The notes: generated by a model not told the origin, from the sequence alone. Shown: positions 1-8,921, counted from the first letter of the stretch. The stretch is DNA of 20,272 nt from Armatimonadota bacterium (GCA_043754515.1 JAYUUO010000310.1:1-20272); one strand, 5' to 3'. A program made the numbers and translations.

Positions 1-99
1 TCGGCAAAACACGTTTTGCCTGTCTAGGCGCGTCCCGCGCCGGACGTCCTTCGGACGGACAAGTTCGGGCGACAATTGACGCCAACCGCGTAACTCCTA
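1..99. mobile_element. Right-hand part of a MITE (copy 1, cut by the window edge), same family as 765-947
   Basis: Ends in CGCCAACCGCGTAACTCCTA (80-99), identical to 928-947. The interior aligns with about 829-947, e.g. tgcctgtctaggcgcgtcccgcgccggacgtc vs tgcctctctagacgcgttccgcgctggacgtc. Confidence 0.75.
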
Positions 100-153
100 A
101 AGTATATTGATGGGCTTCCTCGCTACGCCATACGGAATCCGAGTCTTCTGGCG

Positions 154-624
154 TTGGTTATAGCGGTTTCGGTGGGCATGGGTGGTATGGATTCGGGTTG
201 CAACCGCCCCGGCGCGGTCGGCGGCGCGGGGCAACGGGCCGCCGCCCCGTCACCCGTCCCATCGGTACCGGCTCCCGCCGTCGTCGGCGACTGGACTGGC
301 ACCCAGACCGGGCTTGTGGACGTCAATAGAACCCCGTTTCGATTCGCCGACCGATTTCTGCCGACCGGGACCTACACGCTAAACGGAAGCTGGCAGGGCG
401 TGAACGGCCCAGCCGGACAGACGATGTCCGGTACCTACACCCAGAGCGGGGCGGGTCTCACGCTGGTCGTCACGCGGGATGCTTTCCTCGCCGCCGGTCG
501 GACGACCGAAATGCCCGCTTCGGCACTGGCCGGGTTGATGCTCACCGGCACGATTTCGGCGGATGGCAAGTCGGTTCACGTCGGGAAGGGCGCGGCCGCC
601 GACTACCAGCTGACGCGCAACTGA
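154..624 (+). CDS. Hypothetical secreted protein or lipoprotein, beta-rich; start uncertain
   Basis: Hydrophobic N-terminus, possible lipobox (SGC), Pro/Ala linker, then VVGDWTG...GTYT...GTYTQSG pattern typical of small beta-barrel exported proteins. Confidence 0.6.
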   Translation: MVIAVSVGMGGMDSGCNRPGAVGGAGQRAAAPSPVPSVPAPAVVGDWTGTQTGLVDVNRTPFRFADRFLPTGTYTLNGSWQGVNGPAGQTMSGTYTQSGAGLTLVVTRDAFLAAGRTTEMPASALAGLMLTGTISADGKSVHVGKGAAADYQLTRN

Positions 625-764
625 GAGGCGGCCACGGCTAGGGCAAGACGTAGGCCGTTGCACGTCCCGCGACCACGCTGTAAGGTTAACGTGATCACGG
701 GGTAATACGCCGCGCGTGCGGCGCGGGATTACCCGTGCCCGTGTCGCATGAAGACAGCCCCATG

Positions 765-947
765 TAGGAGTTACGCGATTCGTCAAGGAACGCGGGTTGA
801 AACCCACGTCATCGGCGAAACAAGTACAGTCAAAACTTGTTTTGACGATTGCCTCTCTAGACGCGTTCCGCGCTGGACGTCGGGTACCCGCTTGCGGGTG
901 GGACGAACAGATCCGGGCATCCGAAACCGCCAACCGCGTAACTCCTA
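765..947. mobile_element. MITE (183 bp, copy 2) with 13-bp terminal inverted repeats
   Basis: TAGGAGTTACGCG (765-777) and CGCGTAACTCCTA (935-947) are perfect reverse complements. Internal hairpins at 791-808, 829-846 and 886-899. A second diverged copy lies at 1-99. No clear target-site duplication. Confidence 0.75.
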
Positions 948-1106
948 ACCAAATGGAAGCAGATCGCGACCACGGAGTTGCCCACGCTCTTCGAGCGTGG
1001 TGCCACCAAGGATGAGAAGGTCGAGGCCCAGGAAGGTAAGATCGCCGAGCTGTACCAGGAGATCGGGAAGTTAACCACCCAGGTCAACTGTCTGAAAAAA
1101 ATCTGG
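948..1106 (+). pseudogene. IS3-family transposase OrfA C-terminal remnant
   Basis: Translates as TKWKQIATTELPTLFERG...KIAELYQEIGKLTTQVNCLKKIW, matching the OrfA tail pattern (WK...LF...I.ELY..IG.L......LKK). It ends on an A7 run (1095-1101) at the usual orfA/orfB frameshift position. No start codon and no orfB seen. Confidence 0.75.
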
Positions 1107-1323
1107 TCAAGAAAATCCCCCGAGAGGATTTCTCTGTCTGCAACCTGACGCCTGAAGTGCTGTGGCTACCGCTGTTCGTGACGCGCCCGGACGCGCTGAC
1201 GGGCGCGATTCGCAACCGTGCGTCGCCCGCGAACCCGCTCCGCCGCCATGCTGAAGGCGGGGCGGGGGGGCCGGAATGGGCGCGGGCGTAACACCGCGAA
1301 GACCTCGTGGCGTGGTAATTCTT

Positions 1324-2187
1324 TTACAAGTATGGTGCCAGAAACTCACGCGCCCGCGTCAGGCCGCGCTTCGCGCCGTCCGCCGTGCCGTTGTAGCGGA
1401 AGTCTTCTAGCTCTAGAGATACCATTCCCGTGTATCCGGCGCGGTGCAACCGCCCGCAAACAGCCGCCCAGTTGACCACGCCCTCGCCGGGGATGCAGTA
1501 CCGCCAGTCGCCGCTCCCGAAGTCGGGTGCCCGGTCGAGGGTCGTGCCGAGCGTCCCGTAGCGATACCGTCCCTCGTCATCCATCGCGGTATCCTTGCCA
1601 TGCGCGTGGACGATACGCCCGATGAACTCGTCCAGGAAACGCAGGTAGTCCACGCCGACACGCGCGAGGTGCGATGGGTCGTAGTTGAGGCCGAAGTGCG
1701 CGGACGGTACGGCGGCGAACATCACCCGCAACGTTTCCGGCGTGACCCCGAGCGCGGAGTTGTTCGGGCCGGGCCAGCCCTCTAAAGCGAGCCGGATGTT
1801 CAGCCGCTCCGCTTCCGCGACCACGGCGGGGAAGGATTGCTTCCAGTTCTCGAACGATTCGCGGCGGCTCTGCCCGGCGTTTTTGGGAAACAGTACCAGG
1901 AACGCCCGGTCGCCGCCGAGCGCGTGGATCACACCCAGGGTGTTGGCCACTGTTTCCACCGCGCGGCCCCGTTCGGCGGCGTCCGGCGACAGCAGGTCGG
2001 AGGTTCCCGATAGGTCAACGGTGCCGAGTTGCAAACCAGCGTCGCGGACCGTTTTCGCCGCGTCCGCGTTCGGCCCGCCCAGGTCAATCGCGTCAAATCC
2101 GGTGCTTTTACACCACGCGGCGAACTCTGGTAGCGACGTTTCGCGGACGGTTTCGCCTGGTATACGTAGTCCGATGGGTATGGTCAT
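1324..2187 (-). CDS. Sugar phosphate isomerase/epimerase (xylose isomerase-like / AP endonuclease 2 TIM barrel)
   Basis: Metal-binding motifs LALEGWP, GLNYDPSH, HAHGKD, PGEGVVNW and YTGMVSLELED. Confidence 0.9.
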   Translation of the reverse strand: MTIPIGLRIPGETVRETSLPEFAAWCKSTGFDAIDLGGPNADAAKTVRDAGLQLGTVDLSGTSDLLSPDAAERGRAVETVANTLGVIHALGGDRAFLVLFPKNAGQSRRESFENWKQSFPAVVAEAERLNIRLALEGWPGPNNSALGVTPETLRVMFAAVPSAHFGLNYDPSHLARVGVDYLRFLDEFIGRIVHAHGKDTAMDDEGRYRYGTLGTTLDRAPDFGSGDWRYCIPGEGVVNWAAVCGRLHRAGYTGMVSLELEDFRYNGTADGAKRGLTRAREFLAPYL

Positions 2188-2722
2188 GTCTTGAATCCTT
2201 ATGTATTAGCCCCGACGTTGTTCTCCACGATTTCTAAGCTTAGCGCCTGGTGACCAGGTACTGTTGATCACCGGGAGCACGCGAGGACTACCGTATCGAA
2301 AAGGGCTACAGCATCAGAATACCGTTTTCTAACGAGAATCGGTTCGCATCCCGATCAACCTTTCATCACCCGGACCCCCGCGTTCCCCGCCCGGCGATGC
2401 AAACCACCGGCCCCGTGCCCACCCATCCGCAACACTTGGCGCACCCGTCACGTCGCATCTGCGGATCAGAGAAGCACAAGCCAGCGGCCCGCTTCGCCTG
2501 CGGGCGGTACGTAATCACGACAGACTCAAAAAAAGGAGGTAGGCACTAAAGCTTCGACGGGAGCCGTTTTAGGCCGTAACCGATGTGCTACGGGGGCGTT
2601 ATGAGGATAAGGGAGCGCGAGGACATCGCGCGCGTGCTGGCGCGGGCGGTGATTGACAAGTTTACTGGGCAGGATCGCATCAGCGCGATGGTCCACGGGA
2701 CTCGCGCCGCTGGGTGTCAATC

Positions 2723-3174
2723 ATGAGTAAAATGTATGGCGATCTTTCGTAGTCTGTGGTTCGATCCTGTCCTCAATAGGTTGCCAACGCCGCTCTGCGC
2801 TTGAGGAGAAGGAACTGCACGCCACCGCCTCCTCGCTCGAAGCGTACGAGGTGATGTCGGAGGCAGAATACAAGCGAGCCGTTGACGTAAACGACGGGAT
2901 CCGATCGGGGGAAAAATTAAGCCTCCGGGACACTGACTGGCTGCTGGGAGTCGCGAACCGACCGACGAGTGACCCGTACATCCACGGGTTACGCATGGTA
3001 CACGGGAGTAGGCCCTTCCGAAACTCGAAGCCCGCGCAGTGGCCTCCGGAAAGGAAACAAGCGGTTTTCGATCTACTTTTCGATCTACTTTCTTGTCAGT
3101 GTACTCGATCCTTTGCTACAACCGGTAGCTTTCGGACTGAGTTTGGGAGGCAGATTTCTCGGGCGAGTTTTTGA
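2723..3174 (+). pseudogene. Possible frameshifted lipoprotein gene (ORF track reports only 2851-3174)
   Basis: The frame of ORF 2851-3174 is open back to 2731 and reads NVWRSFVVCGSILSSIGC (lipobox-like). ATG AGT AAA at 2723 joins it if the A4 run at 2729-2732 had one more A. A 12-bp tandem duplication lies at 3065-3088. Confidence 0.4.
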
Positions 3175-3257
3175 AGTATGTTCTCGCGCCACCCTAACTC
3201 CACCCTGTACCCCTTCTCGCGCTCCGTTGCGGCGCGGTTGCCGAACCCCGCGCGCGA

Positions 3258-4754
3258 TCACAGCGCGTTCACGCCCGCCGCGAACGTTCGCGCGTCCACG
3301 ATCACCGTATCCGGCTCCGGCGCGGCGACAACCCCAGTTGGCGTGTCTTCCTCGTCCTCGTCTTCCTCGTCCTTCGCTTGCGGCGGGACGAGGATCACCT
3401 TGACCCCGACGCCGGTGGAGCGGAGTAGTTCGACCAGTTTGCGGCGGCGTTCATCGTACTCCAGGAAGACACATACCACCGAGGTGAGGCGGTGGATCGC
3501 GCCGAGTAGCTCCGGCTCGATGGCGGAGATCGCCTCTTTGCCGGTGTCCTCTACGCCCGCGAGGATGTTTAATATCTCGTCGCGGTAGCCCGTGCCGCGC
3601 CCCACCGTCAGGTGATGGAGCGTCGGCCCCGCCGCGAAAATATCAATCACGTACTGCTCCCGTGCCATGTAATCGGAGATCGCGGCGGACAGCGAAACCG
3701 CCCGCTCCAGCGCGTCGCTCCACGCTTTGGGCGGGTCGTAGGCGCGCGGGCCGTACACCATTCCCAGCCATTTCGCGGAGGGGCGCGGCAGGTAGGTGTC
3801 GAGCACGATACCGACGCGGAAGAAGTACTCCTCGCGCCACTCGCGCACGATGGGCGCGTTCCCGCCGAGCCGCGCCGTCGCCCGCCAGTCAATATCGCGC
3901 GGGGAGTCGCCCTCGCGCCACTCCCGGTTGCCCCAGAACTCGAACGAGTCGCCCTGCTTGGCGAGCATGGCGACGCCGCCCTCCTGCCAGCCGGAGCCGG
4001 ACGGGATCGTGAACTCGCGGAGCGGGGTGAACGATGGGTAAACCGTGAGGGCGGATGGTGCCTCGATGCGCCGGTAGGCGTTCATAAGGCCGAACGGGAA
4101 ATCGGTCTCGACGCGGAATCCGGGCAGGGTGAACACGCCGCGCTTCTTCGCGCGGAGCGTCAGTTGCACGCGAGCCGTCGCGCCCGGATCGAGCGTGCCG
4201 ACCACCGTGCCGGAGACCGGCACTGCGTCCACTTCGGCGGGGAGTCCTACCGGCACTAGGTTGATATCCTGAGCCGGGAACAGCCCACCGCGCCGTAGCG
4301 ATGTCACCTCGACATTCACGAGGAGAGGTTCGCCCGCCGACACGGCAGACACATGCCGCGCTTTAAGGGCGACGCGGGGCGCCGAGATCAGCGCGAAAAA
4401 CCCGGCAACCAGCCAGAAGCACACGGCGTACAGGAACGGGATGTAGGTTTGTATCTCCAGCGATATGGTAGAAAATATAGTCAGAAACAGGGTGGCATAG
4501 AAGAACCAGTGTCCAGCGCGGGTCAGGCGGTGCGTCGCGTACTTCCACCCCCAGCGCGCGAGCCAGCGTCCGCCGGGGGACGAGCCGGGGTAGCGCAAAT
4601 AGATGCGGATGTCCTTGGTCCCGTCGGGCAGGAAGTTAGACACTTCGATGCTGTGCTTCACGGCGCGGACGGCTTTGCGCCACGCCCGAACCACGGGGTT
4701 GCGGGAGCGCGGTCTTTTCGGGGCGGTGTTGATTTGTGGCAGGGCGACGGACAC
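3258..4754 (-). CDS. DUF58 domain-containing membrane protein (MoxR-associated type)
   Basis: N-terminal TM pair, RGVF...DFPFGL, LTVYP and EFWGNREWREGDSPRDIDWRATAR...IVREW motif, followed by vWA-like IVLD and LERAVSLSAAI. Confidence 0.9.
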   Translation of the reverse strand: MSVALPQINTAPKRPRSRNPVVRAWRKAVRAVKHSIEVSNFLPDGTKDIRIYLRYPGSSPGGRWLARWGWKYATHRLTRAGHWFFYATLFLTIFSTISLEIQTYIPFLYAVCFWLVAGFFALISAPRVALKARHVSAVSAGEPLLVNVEVTSLRRGGLFPAQDINLVPVGLPAEVDAVPVSGTVVGTLDPGATARVQLTLRAKKRGVFTLPGFRVETDFPFGLMNAYRRIEAPSALTVYPSFTPLREFTIPSGSGWQEGGVAMLAKQGDSFEFWGNREWREGDSPRDIDWRATARLGGNAPIVREWREEYFFRVGIVLDTYLPRPSAKWLGMVYGPRAYDPPKAWSDALERAVSLSAAISDYMAREQYVIDIFAAGPTLHHLTVGRGTGYRDEILNILAGVEDTGKEAISAIEPELLGAIHRLTSVVCVFLEYDERRRKLVELLRSTGVGVKVILVPPQAKDEEDEDEEDTPTGVVAAPEPDTVIVDARTFAAGVNAL

Positions 4755-4857
4755 GGTTCTTGGGGATTCTCCTGTTCATTCTAACGCACCGCGCGCCGTT
4801 TGGTTTCGCGCCCTCGCCGAATAACGTGTGGAGGGACTGGGTCGCGCGATTGCCCGG

Positions 4858-5376
4858 TTAGTGTTCCGATACAACCCTGAACAACATGCCGTTGTAGAAA
4901 GCCCGATACACTTCCCCTCCCGCCAGCGTCGCACACCTGTCTATGGCCTCGGTTTGGGAAACATCCCGCTTATATACATATCCAATCGCGTAACTGTACG
5001 CGCTTAAGAAATGCGCACTATCTTTCGCGCAGTGCGACAGCGTCCATCTAGTCCGCGAATGCGAATCTTCAATCTGAACTTCGCCGCTTTCTTTGTCTAT
5101 TGTCAGGGGGTCACCTTCCTGTGTCCCCACTATCCAGAACTGCTCTGCGGCGACCGGTTTGGCGAGTGCAATTCCGTGGGGCAGTGACCGCGAGAACAGA
5201 TAGTCGGTACATAACCGGAGGAGCGGGTCAGCCAAATCACCGGAATATCCTGTTTTCCTAGGCCGTAGTGATTCGACTTCTTCCGGTGCTAGCTCCTCGG
5301 GACATCCTTGGGCAGTCAACGCTTCAACCATTGGTGCGCGTGACGATATGTACTCTACAAACTCCAACGCTGTCAT
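4858..5376 (-). CDS. Hypothetical protein, possible SUKH/SMI1-like immunity fold
   Basis: ATG at 5376 preceded by GGAGG; lower GC than the flanks. WIVGTQEGDPLTIDKESGEV...CAKDSAHFL resembles the C-terminal half of SUKH-superfamily proteins. Confidence 0.55.
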   Translation of the reverse strand: MTALEFVEYISSRAPMVEALTAQGCPEELAPEEVESLRPRKTGYSGDLADPLLRLCTDYLFSRSLPHGIALAKPVAAEQFWIVGTQEGDPLTIDKESGEVQIEDSHSRTRWTLSHCAKDSAHFLSAYSYAIGYVYKRDVSQTEAIDRCATLAGGEVYRAFYNGMLFRVVSEH

Positions 5377-5630
5377 CGTAAATCCTCCGGGCAGGGTGGC
5401 GCCTAGTATTTGACGTCCCACGCCCCCGCTCGTTTCGGTCACGGCTTGTAAGCACCGCGATTCGGCGCGAGCGGCGCGGGTTGTGAACCGCCTGTGTTTC
5501 CGCCCCTGGTTCGCCGCTGGTACAGTTAACCGTGGGCCGACTTTTGACGAGCATCCCGGAACGCCGCCATGACCGGTTCGGGTTAGAGTCAACCCCGAGA
5601 TGGTACAACCGGGCAAGGGAAGATTATATT

Positions 5631-6035
5631 ATGACAACTGTTTCACAACGTACGAAACGCTTCGGTGTTGCGATCGCTACCGGCGCGGTGGCTTCATGCC
5701 TCTTGATCGGCGTCGTCACCGCCGCGCAAGCCCAAACGCAGGCTGAGATGAACATCGCCGCCGGCAAGCATAGCGCGGAGGCGGACGCGCGGTTGAACGT
5801 GATCTACCGACGGCTAATGAAGAAGCTACGCTCGCCGGACAGGATCAAGTTGCGTAACGCACAGCGAGCCTGGATTAAGTTCCGTGACGCCGAGGCGACT
5901 TTCCGCGCGGCGGTAGTCGAAGGCGGGACTATGTACCCGACGGTGTACGCGGATAACATCGCTCTCCTCACCGAGGCACGCATCGCGCAACTTCAGGCGG
6001 CGGAAAAATCGTTCATGTCCGACGGCGACTTGTAG
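5631..6035 (+). CDS. Lysozyme inhibitor LprI-family (DUF1311) secreted protein
   Basis: Signal peptide ending AQA, then QTQAEMN...ADARLNVIYRRL...LRNAQRAWIKFRDAE...GGTMY...LTEARIAQL. Confidence 0.9.
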   Translation: MTTVSQRTKRFGVAIATGAVASCLLIGVVTAAQAQTQAEMNIAAGKHSAEADARLNVIYRRLMKKLRSPDRIKLRNAQRAWIKFRDAEATFRAAVVEGGTMYPTVYADNIALLTEARIAQLQAAEKSFMSDGDL

Positions 6036-6783
6036 CCGCGCCCTGATTTACGACACCTCTCCTACTCTGCCCTCCGAACGTGTCGGGCTTCATCGAGACC
6101 ACGCGGCAGTGGTCGCCCCGTCTCAGTTCGCAGACCGCCTCGGCGGCAAATATGATCGTTCGCGTCGTGCCGTTCTCGTCCTTCTCCGCGTGATAGTAGC
6201 TCCCCGACCTGTGCGCGTCCGAGGTCGGGACGCCGCGCCATTCGTGACGCGCATTCAAAACAAACCGGGTCGCGCTCAGCCACCGGATGCTGTCGCTACC
6301 GCCCTTGTAGTAATCGTTCGACGGGGGCGAACCGCCACGCGGCTTGCCCTTCGCGATGTTTATGAGGCGCAGGAGGGGCACCGGGTGCGCCCGACGGTTG
6401 GCGATACGGTAGAGGAGTAATGCGCCGATGTGCCGGACGACCTGATACGACACGGCGACATGGCGTGAGTCAGGGGACCATCGGGCGACGAAATCAGCGG
6501 TACCGTACTCGAACGTGTCCGTCACCTCTGACAGCACACCGAGCTTCTTGTGACCCGGCTCCGCCAGCAGGTACAGGTGGAAATTCTCCTCGCCGCCCTC
6601 GCCGTCACCGTGCGCGGCGATAACGAACCGGTGGTCGGGCGAGGCACCACTGCCGATAGGCGCGTACTCGCCCGGTTTATAAAGATCCGTACGCCGCGCA
6701 TCGGCGGCCAACGCGGCGAGGAGGATGAGGGCGAGGCCGAGACAGCGCGGGGCGAGACGCGAATAGGGGAGGCAGGATAGCAT
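6013..6783 (-). CDS. Hypothetical secreted protein with TolB/WD40-like beta-propeller motifs
   Basis: Signal peptide (LGLALILLAALAADA) and motifs ASPDHRF and RWSPDSRHVAV. Confidence 0.6.
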   Translation of the reverse strand: MLSCLPYSRLAPRCLGLALILLAALAADARRTDLYKPGEYAPIGSGASPDHRFVIAAHGDGEGGEENFHLYLLAEPGHKKLGVLSEVTDTFEYGTADFVARWSPDSRHVAVSYQVVRHIGALLLYRIANRRAHPVPLLRLINIAKGKPRGGSPPSNDYYKGGSDSIRWLSATRFVLNARHEWRGVPTSDAHRSGSYYHAEKDENGTTRTIIFAAEAVCELRRGDHCRVVSMKPDTFGGQSRRGVVNQGAATSRRRT

Positions 6784-6978
6784 ACGAGCAGGATACCACT
6801 GTCGGTGCTACCACCGCTTCACCACGCGGTAATAGTGCGGTTGCCTTATAGTTTGGCCGTTTGTCCGGCGAGCATCCAGTCGGTGGGCAGGTGGGAACGG
6901 TTCACCGTCCGTCGCGCGCCGACCCGCCCACCAACTGGATGCTCGCCGGACAAACGGCCAAACTATAAGGCAATCTCC

Positions 6979-8085
6979 CTACCGAACGATGCCGCATCCG
7001 AACGCCCGCGTCGCCTTCGGCGGCGCGTTCCCGGTCACGACCGCCTCTATCGCGTCCGCAAAATCGTGCGTCTTCGCCTCGCCGACCTCGCGGTGGTCGT
7101 CAATACGGCCCGCGTAGCGGAGCACGTGCGATGCGTCTATCACGAACGATTCGGGGGTGACGCTGGCACCGAAGTGCGTCGCGCACAAGCCGCGCTCGTC
7201 GCGCAGGATGGGGAACGTAAAACCGTTCTTACGGGTGTGCGCGGCGATCTCTTCCGTGGTCTCGTCCTTGTTGGCATACACGCCGACGAGCCGGACATCG
7301 CTCCGACCGGCGTACTTTTTGGCGAACCCGGCGATGCGCCCGTTATAGGCGTTGGAGCAGGGACACTTCGCCGATAGGAACAGGATCGCGGTCGCCTTCT
7401 GCGTGCCGTCACCATAAATCGTCGTCATCGCGCGGGACGGGGCGTTCGCGGCGGGCAGGGAGTAGTCCCCGACCGGCTTGCCGATGCCGTCCGCCCGCGA
7501 CGCTTGAACCTCATCCACGCAACATTTGCTGACGCTAAGTAGCTGTTTACCGTGGTTCGCGACGTCCATCACCGAGCTATCTACTCGAAACTTGACCTGC
7601 CCCGCCGGTGACACCACGAACGTCCGTCGCATCCCGCTCATGACACCAAACCGCTTCGCCAGTAGGCCGTTCGCGTCGAGGAGTAGCGGGAACGGTAACG
7701 TGTTCGCGGCGGCGAGCCTTTTCGCCGCGTCCGCCGTATCCGGGGAGATCACCATCACCTTCGCGCCCGCCATGTCGAAATCGGACGCGGTGCGTGCGAG
7801 CGAGCGGACCTGCGTCACTGTGTCCGCGCTCCCGAAGTCTGGCACGAACGCCAGGAACACGGCGCGTCCCCGGTAGTCGGCGAGGTGCATCGCACGCCCG
7901 TCCTGCGTCGGGAGTACAAAGTCGGGTGCCTCGGAGCCGACAGAGACCACCGACAGCGCGGGACTGGTAGCCACCGGTCTGCCCGACCCCGAGAGCATGA
8001 TGCCCGCGAACACCATGGGACCGGCGAGCGCGATCAGCCCGCCGAGGAGGTACGCGGCGATTCGGATCTTTGGAATGGTTGTCAT
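6979..8085 (-). CDS. Membrane-anchored redoxin with two thioredoxin-fold (AhpC/TSA) domains
   Basis: TM helix, then VGSEAPDFVL...LADYRGRAV...LPFPLLLD (BCP-like). Second domain FLSAKCPCS...FTFPILRD...TPESFVID..LRYAGRIDD...AFGCGI. Confidence 0.85.
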   Translation of the reverse strand: MTTIPKIRIAAYLLGGLIALAGPMVFAGIMLSGSGRPVATSPALSVVSVGSEAPDFVLPTQDGRAMHLADYRGRAVFLAFVPDFGSADTVTQVRSLARTASDFDMAGAKVMVISPDTADAAKRLAAANTLPFPLLLDANGLLAKRFGVMSGMRRTFVVSPAGQVKFRVDSSVMDVANHGKQLLSVSKCCVDEVQASRADGIGKPVGDYSLPAANAPSRAMTTIYGDGTQKATAILFLSAKCPCSNAYNGRIAGFAKKYAGRSDVRLVGVYANKDETTEEIAAHTRKNGFTFPILRDERGLCATHFGASVTPESFVIDASHVLRYAGRIDDHREVGEAKTHDFADAIEAVVTGNAPPKATRAFGCGIVR

Positions 8086-8169
8086 GATGATTGTTCTCTC
8101 TAAGAAGTCACGCGGCGTTGGTCGAGCGTGTCCGGTGCGCCCGACGCCCTCGACCGACACGCGTTCCCT

Positions 8170-8189
8170 GCGCGGGTTGAAACCCGCGC
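8170..8189. repeat. REP-like intergenic hairpin GCGCGGGTTGAAACCCGCGC
   Basis: Perfect 9-bp inverted repeat between co-directional genes; the core CGCGGGTTGAAACCC recurs at 791-805. Confidence 0.45.
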
Positions 8190-8204
8190 TGTTAGTAGAC
8201 CGTG

Positions 8205-8921
8205 CTACCCTCCCGAGCCATTCACCGCGCCGCGAACGACCCGCCGCGCCGCTTCGGGATCGGCCTGAGTCGCCGCGATCTCATCAACCGCGGACTCGAC
8301 CTTTTCCGGGTGCCGCCGCGCGATGATCGCGAGGGAGTCGGCGAAGAACTTTTTCTGCGTCGCCTCGTCACCTAGCACCCAGTCGCACAAAACGATCAGC
8401 GCGGCGTCGTTCTCCGACTCGGCGACTCGGCGTAGCTCCCGGTACCGCGACTCTTCCTGCGTCTCGTACAAGATCGCGTCCACGAACAGCGCGACGGCAT
8501 CAATCGCGGCAGGCTCGTAGCGGTTCGCCGCCAGCAACTCGTTGCCCCGATTTTGCAACTCTTCGTCTGTGAACACCCCGTGCCGCGTGAGCCACTCACC
8601 GAGTGCTAGCAGGTGCTTCCCCTCCTCGTAGCACCAGTGTGTGACGTACCAGGCCCGCCCCCGAGACGAGCGCGTGTGCATCAACATCACCGTCATGTAG
8701 TCAGGGAGGAACAGTTCGGCACCGTAGCAGGACAGAACCGCGTCGGTCAGAGCGTCGCTCGGAGCCTCCGGGTATGCTTCCTGCCAGGGGATCGTGTCCC
8801 AGACATTCCAGAAACGCGCCTCGGCATCCAGGAAGTAAGCGCGATAAAGGGCGTATAATGCTGCCTCGGTCTCGTTGTCGAGCCGCGCGGCGGCGGGGTT
8901 GAATGGTCTAGGTTCGCTCAC
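8205..8921 (-). CDS. Ferritin-like / acyl-ACP desaturase-like di-iron protein
   Basis: WNVWDTIPW, ELFLPDY, HWCYEEGKH (EExxH), YETQE and a second site DEATQ. Confidence 0.7.
   Translation of the reverse strand: MSEPRPFNPAAARLDNETEAALYALYRAYFLDAEARFWNVWDTIPWQEAYPEAPSDALTDAVLSCYGAELFLPDYMTVMLMHTRSSRGRAWYVTHWCYEEGKHLLALGEWLTRHGVFTDEELQNRGNELLAANRYEPAAIDAVALFVDAILYETQEESRYRELRRVAESENDAALIVLCDWVLGDEATQKKFFADSLAIIARRHPEKVESAVDEIAATQADPEAARRVVRGAVNGSGG

Noticed and set aside
696..737. Hairpin downstream of CDS 154-624 as an intrinsic terminator
   Set aside because: Imperfect stem with no U-tract; function not supportable.
5377..5630. Long N-terminal extensions of ORFs 4858-5616 and 5532-6035
   Set aside because: They overlap divergently; ATGs at 5376 and 5631 have better RBS or signal-peptide context.
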